Numbered from the stretch's first letter, positions 51,905 to 63,801 are shown. The stretch is 64,000 bases of DNA from Basidiobolus meristosporus CBS 931.73 (GCA_002104905.1 MCFE01000029.1:162335-226334); one strand, 5' to 3'. Made by a program: numbers and translations. The notes: generated from the sequence alone by a model not told the origin.

Positions 51905-54321
51905 GCAGCCAACTGAACCAATGTATATTATCAAGAATAAATGTAGACTTGACCACTGATAATTTAGGAAATGAATTGTACTAGAAAGCAGTGTTCACAT
52001 GTATTTTTGGCCAGGAAAGCATGAATATAGTTGCATACGCTTTAACTTTGTCGCAACGCTCATTCAAATAGGATAATGCTGTGAGGGTACTTCTGCGAAT
52101 ATACACTTCACGCTATCTTAGTAACTGCTAACGATCACAACGGTGTTATCTTCATAACATTTGTACCTACCTCATTACATGGTGGCTACCACGTAGAGGA
52201 ATGTACCTGGATCACTTAAATACAAACATGCACTTTGACTTTTAGCGTTTTTTAGCAAAATCAATGATTGCAACCATTTCACTAGATATCGGGTTAAAGT
52301 GTCAGTACTTTACAATACGCATGCTTGTATTATTTGATATTGGAGTTAATAACGTATATGGAAGTTTCATTTGGCGACTTTATCCAAGCTCAGCTGTTCA
52401 GGTTCAACCTTACCTCACGGGACGTAATAGCTAACAACGGCTTTATCGTCAGCTGCTGAACTCTCCAAAGGAGCAAAGAGTATAACAGCAAAGATTGTTG
52501 AGATTAAAAAAATATTAAGTTTCCTGATACGCTCGCTTTGATGAATTCACTTGGCTTGCAAAGAGGATATTTTACATGGTTTTTGCCATTACTTGGAGAG
52601 CCTGGTAGAACCTCTTGTAGCAGTTCAAGAGAATCCATCAAAACATGAATATATCTCCAATTGACACATGACGAAACAACACTTAATATATCTACTAATT
52701 GAAGATCACTTTAACAATCTCTACGTCGATGGAACATGTAGGTACATGCAGTTTTGTACCAGCTAAGCTGTTGCGTCCTCGTAAGGTGTGCATAGATACC
52801 TATTTGATCGGATAACTTGGAGTTTGGTCATGATAGGCAGGAGGCGGCGCATGGCGCTCACTTCCCACAAACAAAAATTTAACAGTCGAGACACCCCAAA
52901 GGATGTTCGCGTTAAAGACCCTGAGGCGCTGTGCTATGCTCAAGTTCTAAAACGAACAGTCCGCCTTCTTGATCACGAACTGCCCCTGCCAGGTAAGTAT
53001 GAGTTGCCACGAAATTCATGAAAGGATTATATATGATAAAGTCGGCTATAAGCAGTTATGGGATGAGATGCCAAAATGGGCACCAATTTTTGTGTGTCGA
53101 GCTCGAGGCACGCAAGAACAAATATCAGGGAGAAGCATCAATGTCATGTGTTCTTCTAATAGCCCCAAACCCATCGAAATTCTCAATTCCATATGCTTCA
53201 TTCATATGCAAATTGAAGTTATGAGTGAGATAGCCAAAGTTGACCTGAAGAAGCCAACACTCTGCATCCATTTCTCCATAACATTCCAGAACAAAATCTG
53301 AGAGCTGATATCAAAAAGCATAGAATACCACTGACACCAATCCTATTTTATCTTACATTGTTGATTGTGAGAGTCAGTAGAAGGTTTTGGACTTTTCTGG
53401 CTGCTTTCAATGGGCGGTTGGCTGTTGGTCTATTAGGCTACGTGATGAAGTTTATCGGGGAAGCCAAAGGTTGGTTTGCTATCGATTCCCAGTTAATCAC
53501 TCCATGATTCATCACCGAAACCTCTTGGTAGTGTATTTCTGATGATCGTATCGATGATTCGGAGACTCATGATTGAAGCTCCGCGAAGGAATCAGGATCT
53601 CCAACGAGCCTCAAGTCATTGCGCATGATAGTACTGGAGCTCCACCATCGACCGTGCATGGGGCGATCAAATTAATTCTCGATTCTATTTGTGATTCCAG
53701 TATGATCAGAGCATATGATCGGTAGTATATAATCACTCAAGAAACCATTCACTGTTTTCCATACCACTACCAAACTTCACACCAGATCCGAGGCAAACAA
53801 TGCCATAAATCCTGGGGCAGGCAACAAGTACAACCTTCCTATTATTCATTGACCACTGGGCCCCACAGCCATTATTGTACAATAGCATCTACTACCTGGA
53901 TAAATGTGACTATGCAAATAGGAGTTACCTGTGCAAGTGTATATTAGTTTGTGTTTTATTTGTCCGCTTCCACAATCAGAGAATTTGAGCAGTCGGCATA
54001 TATGCCGAGTGTGAAGAAACAATATGGTTATAGCCAAACGTAAATACAGGTGGACCACAAGAGCCTGATAAGAATCGTACTAGTATCGAACTTGAATTCC
54101 TAGTATTTGTGAGTTAATCCTACGTCTCCAACCGGGTCAGATAAACTCGTGTACTTCGGCGTAACACATGCGAATCCATCAGATAGAATTTCCCAAATGG
54201 TATACTCAGCACTTTGCCAAAATGGTTATATTTACATTGTACCACCGGTACGGTGTGGCCAATTCTCCATATAAATAAGCCTTCCTGTGTTCCAAGATTG
54301 ACCATCCAAAACATCTACGCA

Positions 54322-55623
54322 ATGAGGCTCAATTCTCCTATGATGCAGGTCATATTAGTTGGCTTTGCATGTTTCTGCTGCCCTGGTATGTACAATGTAA
54401 TCAACAGTTTAGGTGCCGGAGGACAGATGGATGACAACACTACCAAGAATGGCAATGTCGCTCTTTATGCTTGCTTCTCAGTATTTGGCGTGTTCGGCGG
54501 GGCTATCCATAATGTCCTTGGTGGGCGTTGGACTATGGTCAGTGGTGGTCTTACGTACGCACTCTACTCCGGTTCTCTTGTATACTATAGCAACACCAAG
54601 GAGCCTACCTTTGTCATTGTTGCCAGCGCAATTCTAGGTATTGGTGCTGGCATGTTCTGGACTGCTCAAGGCACAATCATGATGTCTTATCCTTCCGAAA
54701 ACCAAAAAGGCCGCGCGGTCGGAATCTTCTGGATTATTTTCAACATGGGTGCTGTTCTCGGTTCATTCATTCCCTTTGGCCTCAACTTCCATTCCTCAGC
54801 TGGCCAGGTGAGCACCGCTACGTACTATGTGTTGATGGCTCTTATGGTTATTGGCGCTCTGCTCGGCTTGGGTCTAATCCCTCCCGAGAAGGTGGTACGT
54901 GAAGATGGCTCCCGCGTGCAAGTCTCCAAATTCGAGAATGTAGGTGGCGAGATTATTGAGATCCTGAAGCTATTCAAGAACAAGAACATGCTCCTGCTCC
55001 TACCCTTGTGCGTCACTTCCAACTGGTTCTACTCATATCAGTTCGGTGCTGTGAATGGGGTTCTATTCAATGTCCGTACCCGCTCCTTCAACAGTGCCTT
55101 CTACTGGGGTGCTCAAATGATTGGTGCCTACGGGGTGGGCCTGTTGCTTGATAATCCCAAACTTCACCGTCGCACTCGCGCCTTGTATGGACTAGCCCTG
55201 GTAACTATTCTAACCCTGATTATCTGGGGCGGTGGCCTTGGTCTTCAGGTGCAATACACACGGGAAGATCATCCTAAAGATATTGATTTCATCAACGGCC
55301 CCGGGTGGGGAGGCAAGTTTGTCTTGTACCTGTTCTACGGTTTTCTGGACGCCGTCCTGCAAACATATGCTTATTGGTTGATGGGTGCCCTCTCCAATGA
55401 CAGTCACGTCCTTGCTCGCTATGCTGGATACTACAAAGGACTTCAATCTGCTGGAGCGGCTATTGCCTGGGATATTGATGCCAAGAATACCCCTTTCTTG
55501 ACTCAGCTGATCATTAACTGGGTACTATGCACCGCCTCTTTGCCCTTCGCTTACCTTGTAGCCCGAGGTGTCAAGGATACTTCCGAAGAAGATGGTGAAA
55601 AGATTGAGATGGAGAAGTCCTAA
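54322..55623 (+). CDS. MFS transporter, UNC93-like/DUF895 family
   Basis: Motifs FCCPGMYNVINSLGAGG, GAGMFWTAQG, SYPSENQKGRA and FYSYQF; about 11-12 hydrophobic segments. Confidence 0.88.
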   Translation: MRLNSPMMQVILVGFACFCCPGMYNVINSLGAGGQMDDNTTKNGNVALYACFSVFGVFGGAIHNVLGGRWTMVSGGLTYALYSGSLVYYSNTKEPTFVIVASAILGIGAGMFWTAQGTIMMSYPSENQKGRAVGIFWIIFNMGAVLGSFIPFGLNFHSSAGQVSTATYYVLMALMVIGALLGLGLIPPEKVVREDGSRVQVSKFENVGGEIIEILKLFKNKNMLLLLPLCVTSNWFYSYQFGAVNGVLFNVRTRSFNSAFYWGAQMIGAYGVGLLLDNPKLHRRTRALYGLALVTILTLIIWGGGLGLQVQYTREDHPKDIDFINGPGWGGKFVLYLFYGFLDAVLQTYAYWLMGALSNDSHVLARYAGYYKGLQSAGAAIAWDIDAKNTPFLTQLIINWVLCTASLPFAYLVARGVKDTSEEDGEKIEMEKS

Positions 55624-56768
55624 CCAAATATATGTCATATGAATGTCATGCCAATTTTGTTTAATCCGATTTAATAAACCAAAGTTATTTAGTGGTTATA
55701 AGCAAGCAATCTAAATACAGACGCCTTTAGCTTAATAAACTAAAGTGGTTATGTAGTTTTCAGATTTGATTAATGATTATATAGGTAGACATCCTTCATT
55801 TTTATATTGTGCAGAGTTATTCTGAATAGCGGCGTGATATGGTGCATATACAAGGAATGCCTATTTGTACACTGACTTCATACTATGTATTATACCTGCT
55901 CCATTGTACCATTGATCATGTGCCTGACGGTGCTGTGTATTCTGCGTTTGATTTAATAAATTATGGTCATGCATGGGTCAACTTTGATCCCAATCTGGCT
56001 CTATATGACTTGATCTGTTACAATGGTCAGCAGAAATGATGGAACAAGTCTATTGCATTCACAGTTGTCAAACAGCAAAATTTCCAAATTAATCTTTAAG
56101 GTACAAGTTTTGTCTTGTTATTCTAGCATAATATGTTCTTATGGATCTTGTGAAAAAGCTTATGTGAGCAAAGCTAAGTCCAAAGGCATCAATACATTGC
56201 TATTGGTACAAGGTGGCTTAGGATCTACTACTTGCAAATTGTAAAGCTTTCATCTCTAAGCTGGTAGACTTATGCTCAAAGTGAGTTGGCACTTTTAACT
56301 TGCAACCTTAGTGATGCAATCATGATTTATATTTTAATCAAAGAAGATAAGCCAGAACGTGACACATACTTGAAAAAGCTCAAGTCTATACAATGAGCTT
56401 GAGCTCTACAGTTTCCCAAATATCCTCAGTTTTATGTCAAGTGAGGAATGAAGTAAAATAGCTTGCTCACAGTTGTATTTCTGATACCAGTTGGTAAGTT
56501 ACAGAGATGATGGACTACTCAAAAGCAGGCAACAATCTGAGAAGCTCTTTTCCATAGAAAATGGCATAAAGGCAGAGCTGTTAAAATGGTGTCTAAACAC
56601 ATGCTGTCAGGGCTCTCAACCACATACATTCTGGACTTCTTCAGTTAAATTTTGAACAAAACCCAAGTTGGGAGTGACTTTTGGTTGGTTCTGGGCAGTA
56701 TACTAAGTGGCAGTAATGTTTTAAATCTTGTAATAACATCAAAATATTCACCCCACTTGGCCATTTTG

Positions 56769-56883
56769 TGTTGTAAAATTTGTAATTCCACCTAGTACTA
56801 ATATAACTTGGTCACTTAGATCATTAATTACAAATATTAGAGAATACTGACTAAACTTGTTGTTGGGATTTACTTGAAATATT
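56769..56883 (-). mobile_element. Truncated solo-LTR-like repeat, copy I (only 115 bp, cut at the TTAGGG junction)
   Basis: Follows the reverse-complement consensus from TGTTGTAA to GGGATTTACTTGAAATATT, then switches to AGGGTTAGGG where the consensus continues TACCCAG. Confidence 0.85.
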
Positions 56884-59745
56884 AGGGTTAGGGGGGAGAC
56901 AGTCACCAACAGGTGAAATCTTTATTTCAGTTGAAACAAAGAACCAGCGCTACTGTTGTAGCTTTGATACAAGAGTGTGTAGCTGAGGGGAATTTGTAGG
57001 TAAGTTAATAAGAAGTGATGATAGTTCTTCAGTGCTCAAGACACTGTTCAGTGGGAAGGGGGGTAGCAAGAGAGGTAAGAATGACTTGTGAACAACATTA
57101 ATGAGGGGAATGTGATAAGGATTGATATTCATCATAAAGGGAGTATGCTGCTGCAGATATTGCTGCCAAAGGTCTGTCAAGTACTTCAGGTAGGCCAGCT
57201 TGGGTTTTTCTGACTGCAGAATAAATTGAGCAAACTTCTTGACTTCAGGATCTCCAAGTATAGTTCTCCAGCAGGAGCCAGGTGTTGTGTGGTGTGTTCT
57301 CTTCCAGGCCTTAATCAGTGGGTTGTTGCAGTTGTGAAGTCTGAGGTATAATCTGGTTGTAAGGTAGAGAAGTCTGATCTTATAGGGCATAAACCCAAAA
57401 GCACCAAGAATAGCATGTCTGTAGGGGCATTCAGGCAAATGAGGCACCAAGGAGGTAATGCACCATACTGCAAACTTGTCAAGCTTAGTGCAGTCTCTAG
57501 AAGTAAGAGAGAGAAGTGGTAAGCCAAATTCCAGGACAGGGAAGACAAACTGCTTGAGTAGAAGGAGGCAGCTGGGAGCTGAAGTTGTAGGAGGAGTAAC
57601 AGCCAGTAGCTTGTGGAGTGCCTGTCTTGCTAGGATAATTCTCTTCTTCAGGTGTGCTCCAGAATCTAATCCAGTAGGAAGGAAAGGAAAGCCAAGATAT
57701 GTAGCAGAAACCTGAGCAGGTAGAGTGGAGTTCTCCAAGTTGATGGGAGAGCCCAAAGGTACTGTCTTTGCAATGGAAAGCTGGAGATTATTCTTCTGCA
57801 GATACTGGTGGATGGTCTGGGAGTCTTGTTGCACATTGGAGGAGGATATTCTGATGTCATCAGCAAAGAGAGTAACCAGGCAGTCAGCTGAGAGTCTTGG
57901 GAAATCATTCAGGAAGATGACAAACAGTATAGGACCAAGCACAGAGCCTTGAACCACTCCATTAGGAACTGAGAACACAGCTGATTGCTCACTTGGGTGC
58001 AGAATTCTTGCTTGTGGATCCAGAAACAGAGACCTGACTAGGAGGGTGAGAGAGGTACTGGAGAAGCATTGCAACTTGGACCAAAGCAGATTTCTGTCAA
58101 CTGAATCAAAGGCCTTAGTAATATCAAACAGAACTGAGGGATACTTGCACTGGAGAGAGTGATCTTGGCTAAGTATGACTGCATATTCCAAGGAGAGGCC
58201 AGGAACAAAGCCAAACTGTGCAGGATGAAACTTGAGGGAGTCAGAGTAGAGCTCCTGAGCAAGCAGAAGCTCAAACACCTTTCTGCAGGTGGGCAGCAGG
58301 GATATTGGCCTGTAGGAGCTAGGATCCAGGTGCTTTCCTTTACCCTTGTACAGTGGCAGAACATTTGCAAAGGTCCATTCCTCAGGAGTAGAAAGCTGGG
58401 CTGAGCATTGCTGAAACAGTGGAAGCAGAAGTGCAGACATGGCCTTGGTACTAGTCTTCAGAAGCTCATAGGAGATTGTGTCCACACCTGGAGCAGTAGA
58501 GTTGGGAAGCCTCTTGAGCACATTATGGATTCTCCTTTGATCAAGTGCAAGTGGGATGGGCAGAGTCTTGAAGTCAGGATGAAAGCCAGGAGTTGAGTAC
58601 TGCTTTGTAGAGAAGAAGATGTTAGCCAGCTGTTCTGTTGAAGGTGACTTCCTGGAAGAGGGCCTCATTGCCCTGTAGAGTCTTGATACTGTTCTTGTTA
58701 TAGAGTTGGAAGATTGCAGAGGCAAGGAACTCATAATATGATCCCAGAGCTGAGTATGCAGAGTGTGGTGTATTGCCTTGGAGTGGTGTATTGCTGTCAG
58801 GAGGAGTTTCTCTGTTTTTGGGTTAGGGAAACTTGGGTAGCTTTGTTGCAGGGCTGAAACAATGGATTCCCATTTTCTTGAGGTAACAGCAGTAGTCTTG
58901 CATGGCAGTGAGAGGGAGGCAGACACCAGAATCAGATGCTTCACAAAGAGCCAGGCATAGTTGAGATCATCTGGCAGAGAAAGCAGCAAACTGGCAAGCT
59001 TCAAGTAGTTCCCAAAGTCTTTCTTCTGATTCTTGGTAGCTTTGTGGGTGAGCACAGTAAGTTTTGGCAGCTTCTTCTTCACAACTGGTTGCATAGAAAG
59101 GGACCAGGCTGGGTGGTCAGAGGCTCTCAAGGATCCTAGCTCAGCTCCAGAGAATTGCTTAACTTCATTCACAAAGTAGAGGGCAGCAGCAGAAGGGCAG
59201 ATCCAGTCAACACATCTTTTCTCAGATTGAGCACCTAGTGCTAGCAGATGGCTTTCTCTCAGGAAGTTCAGTAGGAATGTAGACCTTGGCTTCATTCTTG
59301 CAGTCAGAGTAGTCTTGTTCTCAGGATGGGGAATGTTGAGATCTCCAAGCAAGATAATAGGTGTTGATATAGATTGCTGGTATTGCTGAACTTTCTGGCA
59401 TATAACTTGCACTTCCTGAAGGGCAAGACTTGGAGGCAGATAGCAGAGCACCAGACTGATAGTTGGCAACTGGAGAGCAGCACAGTAAGGGGAGTAAAGA
59501 GGAACACAGAGCTGAGGAGTATTGATGGTAGAAGAGATGAAGCAGATAGAGGAGGTATTCTTTGTTCTAGGAGTAGAAAAGCAATATAGATTAGTCAAAA
59601 GTATAGAGGGTAGCTGGACATCAATCAAACACAGGAGGGAAAATCTTGAAAGAAGTCTCTCTAGAGTTGGTCTTGATGGCTGTATGCTGTTGCAGTTAAG
59701 CAACAGAACTTCAGGTAGTCAGGCAGAGGTTATAGCTTCTTCCAC
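56882..59745 (-). mobile_element. 5'-truncated non-LTR retrotransposon (APE endonuclease + RT) ending in (CCCTAA)2
   Basis: ORF 56950-59718. APE motifs: LLNCNSI, CYLPP, GDLN, VDWI, SDH. RT motifs: APGVD, YRPISLL, QFGF, FDITKAFDSV, GVVQGSVLGPILF, LFADD. The 3' UTR has AATAAA and terminates in CCCTAACCCTAA with no poly(A). Confidence 0.92.
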
Positions 59746-59844
59746 TTAGGGTTAGGGGAGGGAAAGTCACCAAGGTAGGTGAAATCTTTATTTGATTGCA
59801 GACAAGTCTAACTACAAATAAAGAAGCCAGCTGGGAATAGAAGA
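59746..59844 (-). mobile_element. 3' remnant of a second, diverged LINE copy, also ending in (CCCTAA)2
   Basis: TTAGGGTTAGGG-GAGGGAAAGTCACCAAGGTAGGTGAAATCTTTATTT aligns with TTAGGGTTAGGG-GGGAGACAGTCACCAACAGGTGAAATCTTTATTT at 56882-56927. Confidence 0.8.
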
Positions 59845-60291
59845 TGTTGTGCATCAACATTTAAAACTTAGCCAATTTTACTCCGTTTGAAAATCTAGTA
59901 CCCTAACTGATTTTCCCTAACCCAAACATAACAAATCCCAGTTACAGTTTATTTTATCCCACCTCAGAATCTATTTTTAGCTATCACACCTGATCTATTT
60001 TCAAATGGTCATTACGTTATCAACCTATCTGCCAAGCCTTCCCAGGTGATTAGTCATCTGAGATCTATCCAACCACTGTGCAGTTGCCAAGACATCAGTT
60101 GATTGATGATGTAATTTTCATTTATCTTATGCACCTATGAACACCCAAATTGATTTCAATCAATCCAGTCCCTTGGCGCTGACTAAATCAACTTGATCAG
60201 AAAAGTATAAATAAAGTTTACTGAACCTTTTGGTTTAGTGTGTGTCTCAACGAAATTAAGATTCTGTCTCAGCAAAAATAAGAATCCAACA
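59845..60291 (+). mobile_element. Probable 5' LTR of the Ty3/gypsy element (~447 bp)
   Basis: TGTTG...CAACA termini, internal TATAAATAAA, about 290 bp upstream of gag. No second LTR is available to confirm it. Confidence 0.6.
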
Positions 60292-60581
60292 ATTCCGTTC
60301 TAGTTTCTATCCAAGCCTAGTATATCTAGCACTCCAAAGAACACCAAGCCTAGCCTGCCTAGCAAACAAATATCATTGCCTTTATAGCCAACCCAGCTAT
60401 ATCCAAGACCAATATTAGATTAGAATCTTTCTGCTAATATTTCTGCCACTCTCTGACAATTCTAAGATTCTGCACTTAATTGTCCCTTTGGTTCAGTTAA
60501 ACCATTCAAGAGTTTTATTACACTTTCTCTTGGATACAGAATTTTTTTCGTTGAATTCCATTACATTCAGCCGATTAGAAG

Positions 60582-63500
60582 ATGTCCTCAGCAGCAAGCA
60601 ATCCAAACCTTTCCATGTTGGAAGAAGCCAGAAGAAATCAGGAAGAACTTACTGAACAGCTTGAAAACATCATGCTTGAAAGAAATACCATGATGATTGA
60701 GCACTCAAAGCTTGCCAAAACAAGATCTGATAATCACCGTAGAGATGAACTCCTTGAAGTTATATCCGGTTACCAAGATGAAATTGGAATAATTAAGGAA
60801 GCACTGGAGAATATTGCCATAGTAATTGACAGCATTGAAAATCCACCAAGCCTTGCTCTGCATCAGCCACCAAGAAGTCATGCCTTTGAATCCTCCAGAT
60901 CTACATCTCCTTCTAGACCTGCCCCGGTGGTTGTCCCAAGATCCTTGCCTGTTTATGCTGAAGGCACCAATGCCATCAAGAATCCAACTGAGTTTCTTTA
61001 CAAGTTTAGTCACGTCTTAGCTGCACACCAGCTAGACCCTGACACCAACTGGGCTAGACTTCTGCCTCTCTGTCTCACAATGCAAGATGCTGACTGGGTT
61101 GAAGTGAACATTCCTTCCAATAGTACGTGGAAAATTGCCCAAAACCTCTTTTGCAGCCATTTTGAAGATCCTCTCAAGAAAGCACATCTGAACTGCGACT
61201 TATGGAAAACTAAAATGCAAAAAGGTGAATCTGTGCAACACTTCTGTGATAGATTCCAAAGACAAATGAGATTAGCTGGAGTTAGTGATGATAATCCATT
61301 GCTTACTGCTCATTTTCTTTCAAACTTTTCACACCAGCTACAGAGCAATATTGCTATTGTCAAAGCATGCAACCCTGCACGTACCTATGACCAGATCTCA
61401 GAGATATGTACACTGGCAATCACCTTGACTGCAGCTGTTAGCCAGACTTCAGGCAGCTCAACCCTATACCCCACAACAGCCGGAAAAGAGACCAGTCATG
61501 TGACCAAGAAGCAGTCAACCGCTACTAAGCACTGTGAGCTTCATGGAAAATGCTATCATTCTACCAGTGAATGCAAAGGCATCACCAAGCAGTCAAACAA
61601 GTCAGGAAACACCGCAGAAAAGCAGCAAAACACCAAAACTGATAATCCATATGCTGATGACAAGTGCTTTAAATGTGGAAATAGGGGACATAGATCACCT
61701 GCCTGTCCTGAGAAGAACTCCACACCATCAGCCAAAATTACCCAGATCCTTGATGATCATTCAGCCAATGATACAATGGGGTATGAAGAAGCATATGAAG
61801 AACTTACAGTTCAAGATTATCACAACCTCTTTGAGTTTCCGGCTAAAATTGCAACTGTCCAAGAAAAGAAGCAACCAATCACACAGCTCAAAGCCATAGA
61901 AGTGCCACTCACCCTCAATGGCCAATCATACGTAGCACTACTGGATACTGGATCATTCAACTCTATTGTATCACCCAATGTAGTCAGAGAACTCAATTTG
62001 GAGATAGAAAAACGACCAGGAAAAATCATTCTTGCAGCTAAGGATCTCTCAGCCCCAAGAATTGGCATTACCAACCCAATCAACATACATTGTGGCTCAG
62101 TAACCATAATCCATCAGATGGAAGTGATTGACATACCAGATGGACCTCAGGTAGTCATTGGTCTGGACACCTTCACCAAACTTGGCTTTCACATAGGCGG
62201 ACTACCGGTTTCCTATCCAGGAATCACTAAATCTCAGCCGCTCATAATGGATCAAATCCCAGAGATTATCTCATCCCAACCGGAAGAAGAAGAGTTAACC
62301 CCAACTTTTCAAGAATATTCTCAATCAGTCAAATTAGATATTCAGCCGGCCATAGAGAGAAATCAGGCCATTCCAAGGAACAGCTTCTGCACCATCCCAG
62401 AGTCCATTGTTACACTAGAGACCCCACCTGGTGAGTCAACATGGAGGAGGCAATACCCAATTCCGCATTCATGTCAACACTTAGTTGATGAGATAGTCCA
62501 AAAATGGGCTGACAATGGGATTATCACTCAAGCCCCTGTCAACACAACATTCAACAGCCCTTTGACGCTTGCACCAAAGAAAGATGCTGATGGAAATCTA
62601 ACCCTGAAGAGACCCTGTTTGGACCCCAGACCTCTGAACAAGCTTCTCCAAGATGACAAGTTTCCAATTCCAAGAATCCAAGATATCTTTTCTGCACTAT
62701 CAGGAGCAAAAGTACTCTCCAAGTTGGACTTGAAGGATGCATATCACCGATTCCAGATCCATCCTGATCATCAGCATAAGACTGCCTTTACTTGGAATAA
62801 TATGCAATGGATGTTTCAGGGAGCTCCCTTTGGCCTAAAGACACTTACCAGCAAGTTTCAGAGAGTCATGACTATAATACTCAAGAATGCACCATACGCA
62901 TTGGTATTTGTTGATGATGTCATCATATTCTCCACTAACCGTGATGATCATGCAACCCATGTCACTGATGTAATCAACAGACTGACAACTGCTGGACTGA
63001 TTCTCAATGCTGAAAAGTGCAGTTTTGCCCGCCTCAAAATCAATCTACTTGGATTTATAGTCACACCAGCTGGCCACCAATTAGATCCTTTCAAACTGGT
63101 CAATATCCCAGAATGGCCAAAACCCACTAGCACCAAGCAACTTCAACATTATCTTGGAGTATTCAACTATTTCAGGGAACACATACCACTCATGTCCTCA
63201 TTGAGTGCCCCTTTAGATGCATTACGCCATAGCCCTGATCTCACCTCAGCCTGGAACAAGACTCATGACCAAGCCTTTTAGTCACTCTGCCAACTGCTTC
63301 CACAAGCACCCACCTTATCCTACCCAGACTTTACTAAGCCCTTTATTGTTGCTACGGATGCATCTAATGTTGGGTTAGGGGCAGTCCTCTATCAAGATGA
63401 AGACCAAAATCCGCCTCACTGGATCTCTTTCCAAGCCAGGTCCCTACAACTTGCTGAGAGAAACTACTCTGCTACCAAGAAGGAGCTACTTGCCATAGTC

Positions 63501-63801
63501 TTTGCGTTGAAGAAGTTTCATCAGTATCTATGGGGTAATCCTTTTACCTTGTACACTGACCACCAAGCCCTTGTCTATATCCACACTCAGAAGACTCTGA
63601 CTCCAATGCTTACCAACTGGCTTGATACTCTACTTGATTATGAATATACAGTTATTCATTGCCCAGGAATTCTCAACATCCTTCCTGACCACCTGTCAAG
63701 ACTTTTTCCAACTTCACCTTGGGAGGGACATGTGATTACTGATGTAATCAGTAAACTCTCTACAACTTCCAAAATAATTCCTCAACTGGATTCAGCAACT
63801 T
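60582..63801 (+). mobile_element. Ty3/gypsy gag-pol (single frame) with a premature TAG at 63279-63281, truncated before integrase
   Basis: Zinc knuckles CELHGKCYHSTSEC and CFKCGNRGHRSPAC, protease LLDTGS, RT LDLKDAYH/APFGL/FVDD. After the stop, the same frame gives RNase H (TDAS, ELLAIV, TDHQAL, PDHLSR) and then telomere. Confidence 0.95.

Noticed and set aside
49349-51934. Long antisense ORFs (561 aa and 221 aa) opposite urease
   Set aside because: They shadow a codon-biased gene and show no recognisable motifs; the same applies to the antisense ORFs over RPL5, ERV29 and the Gly-rich genes.
52788-53301. Overlapping short ORFs suggesting a transposase relic
   Set aside because: No DDE or other diagnostic motif and no terminal repeats found.
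53440-53720. TGATGA/CTGA-rich stretch resembling a box C/D snoRNA
   Set aside because: No terminal stem and no rRNA-complementary guide that I could recognise.
56950-59718. Penelope-like (Athena/Coprina) element or telomerase RT
   Set aside because: An N-terminal APE domain and LINE-type RT motifs are present, with no GIY-YIG or TERT T motif.
60292-60320. tRNA primer-binding site or Tf1-type self-priming site after the LTR
   Set aside because: No TGG-initiated PBS; only partial complementarity (TCAACGAAA versus TTTCGTTGA near 60546), which is too weak to call.
63371-63380. GGGTTAGGGG inside the gypsy RNase H
   Set aside because: It encodes the conserved GLGAVL motif and is coincidental, not a healing junction.
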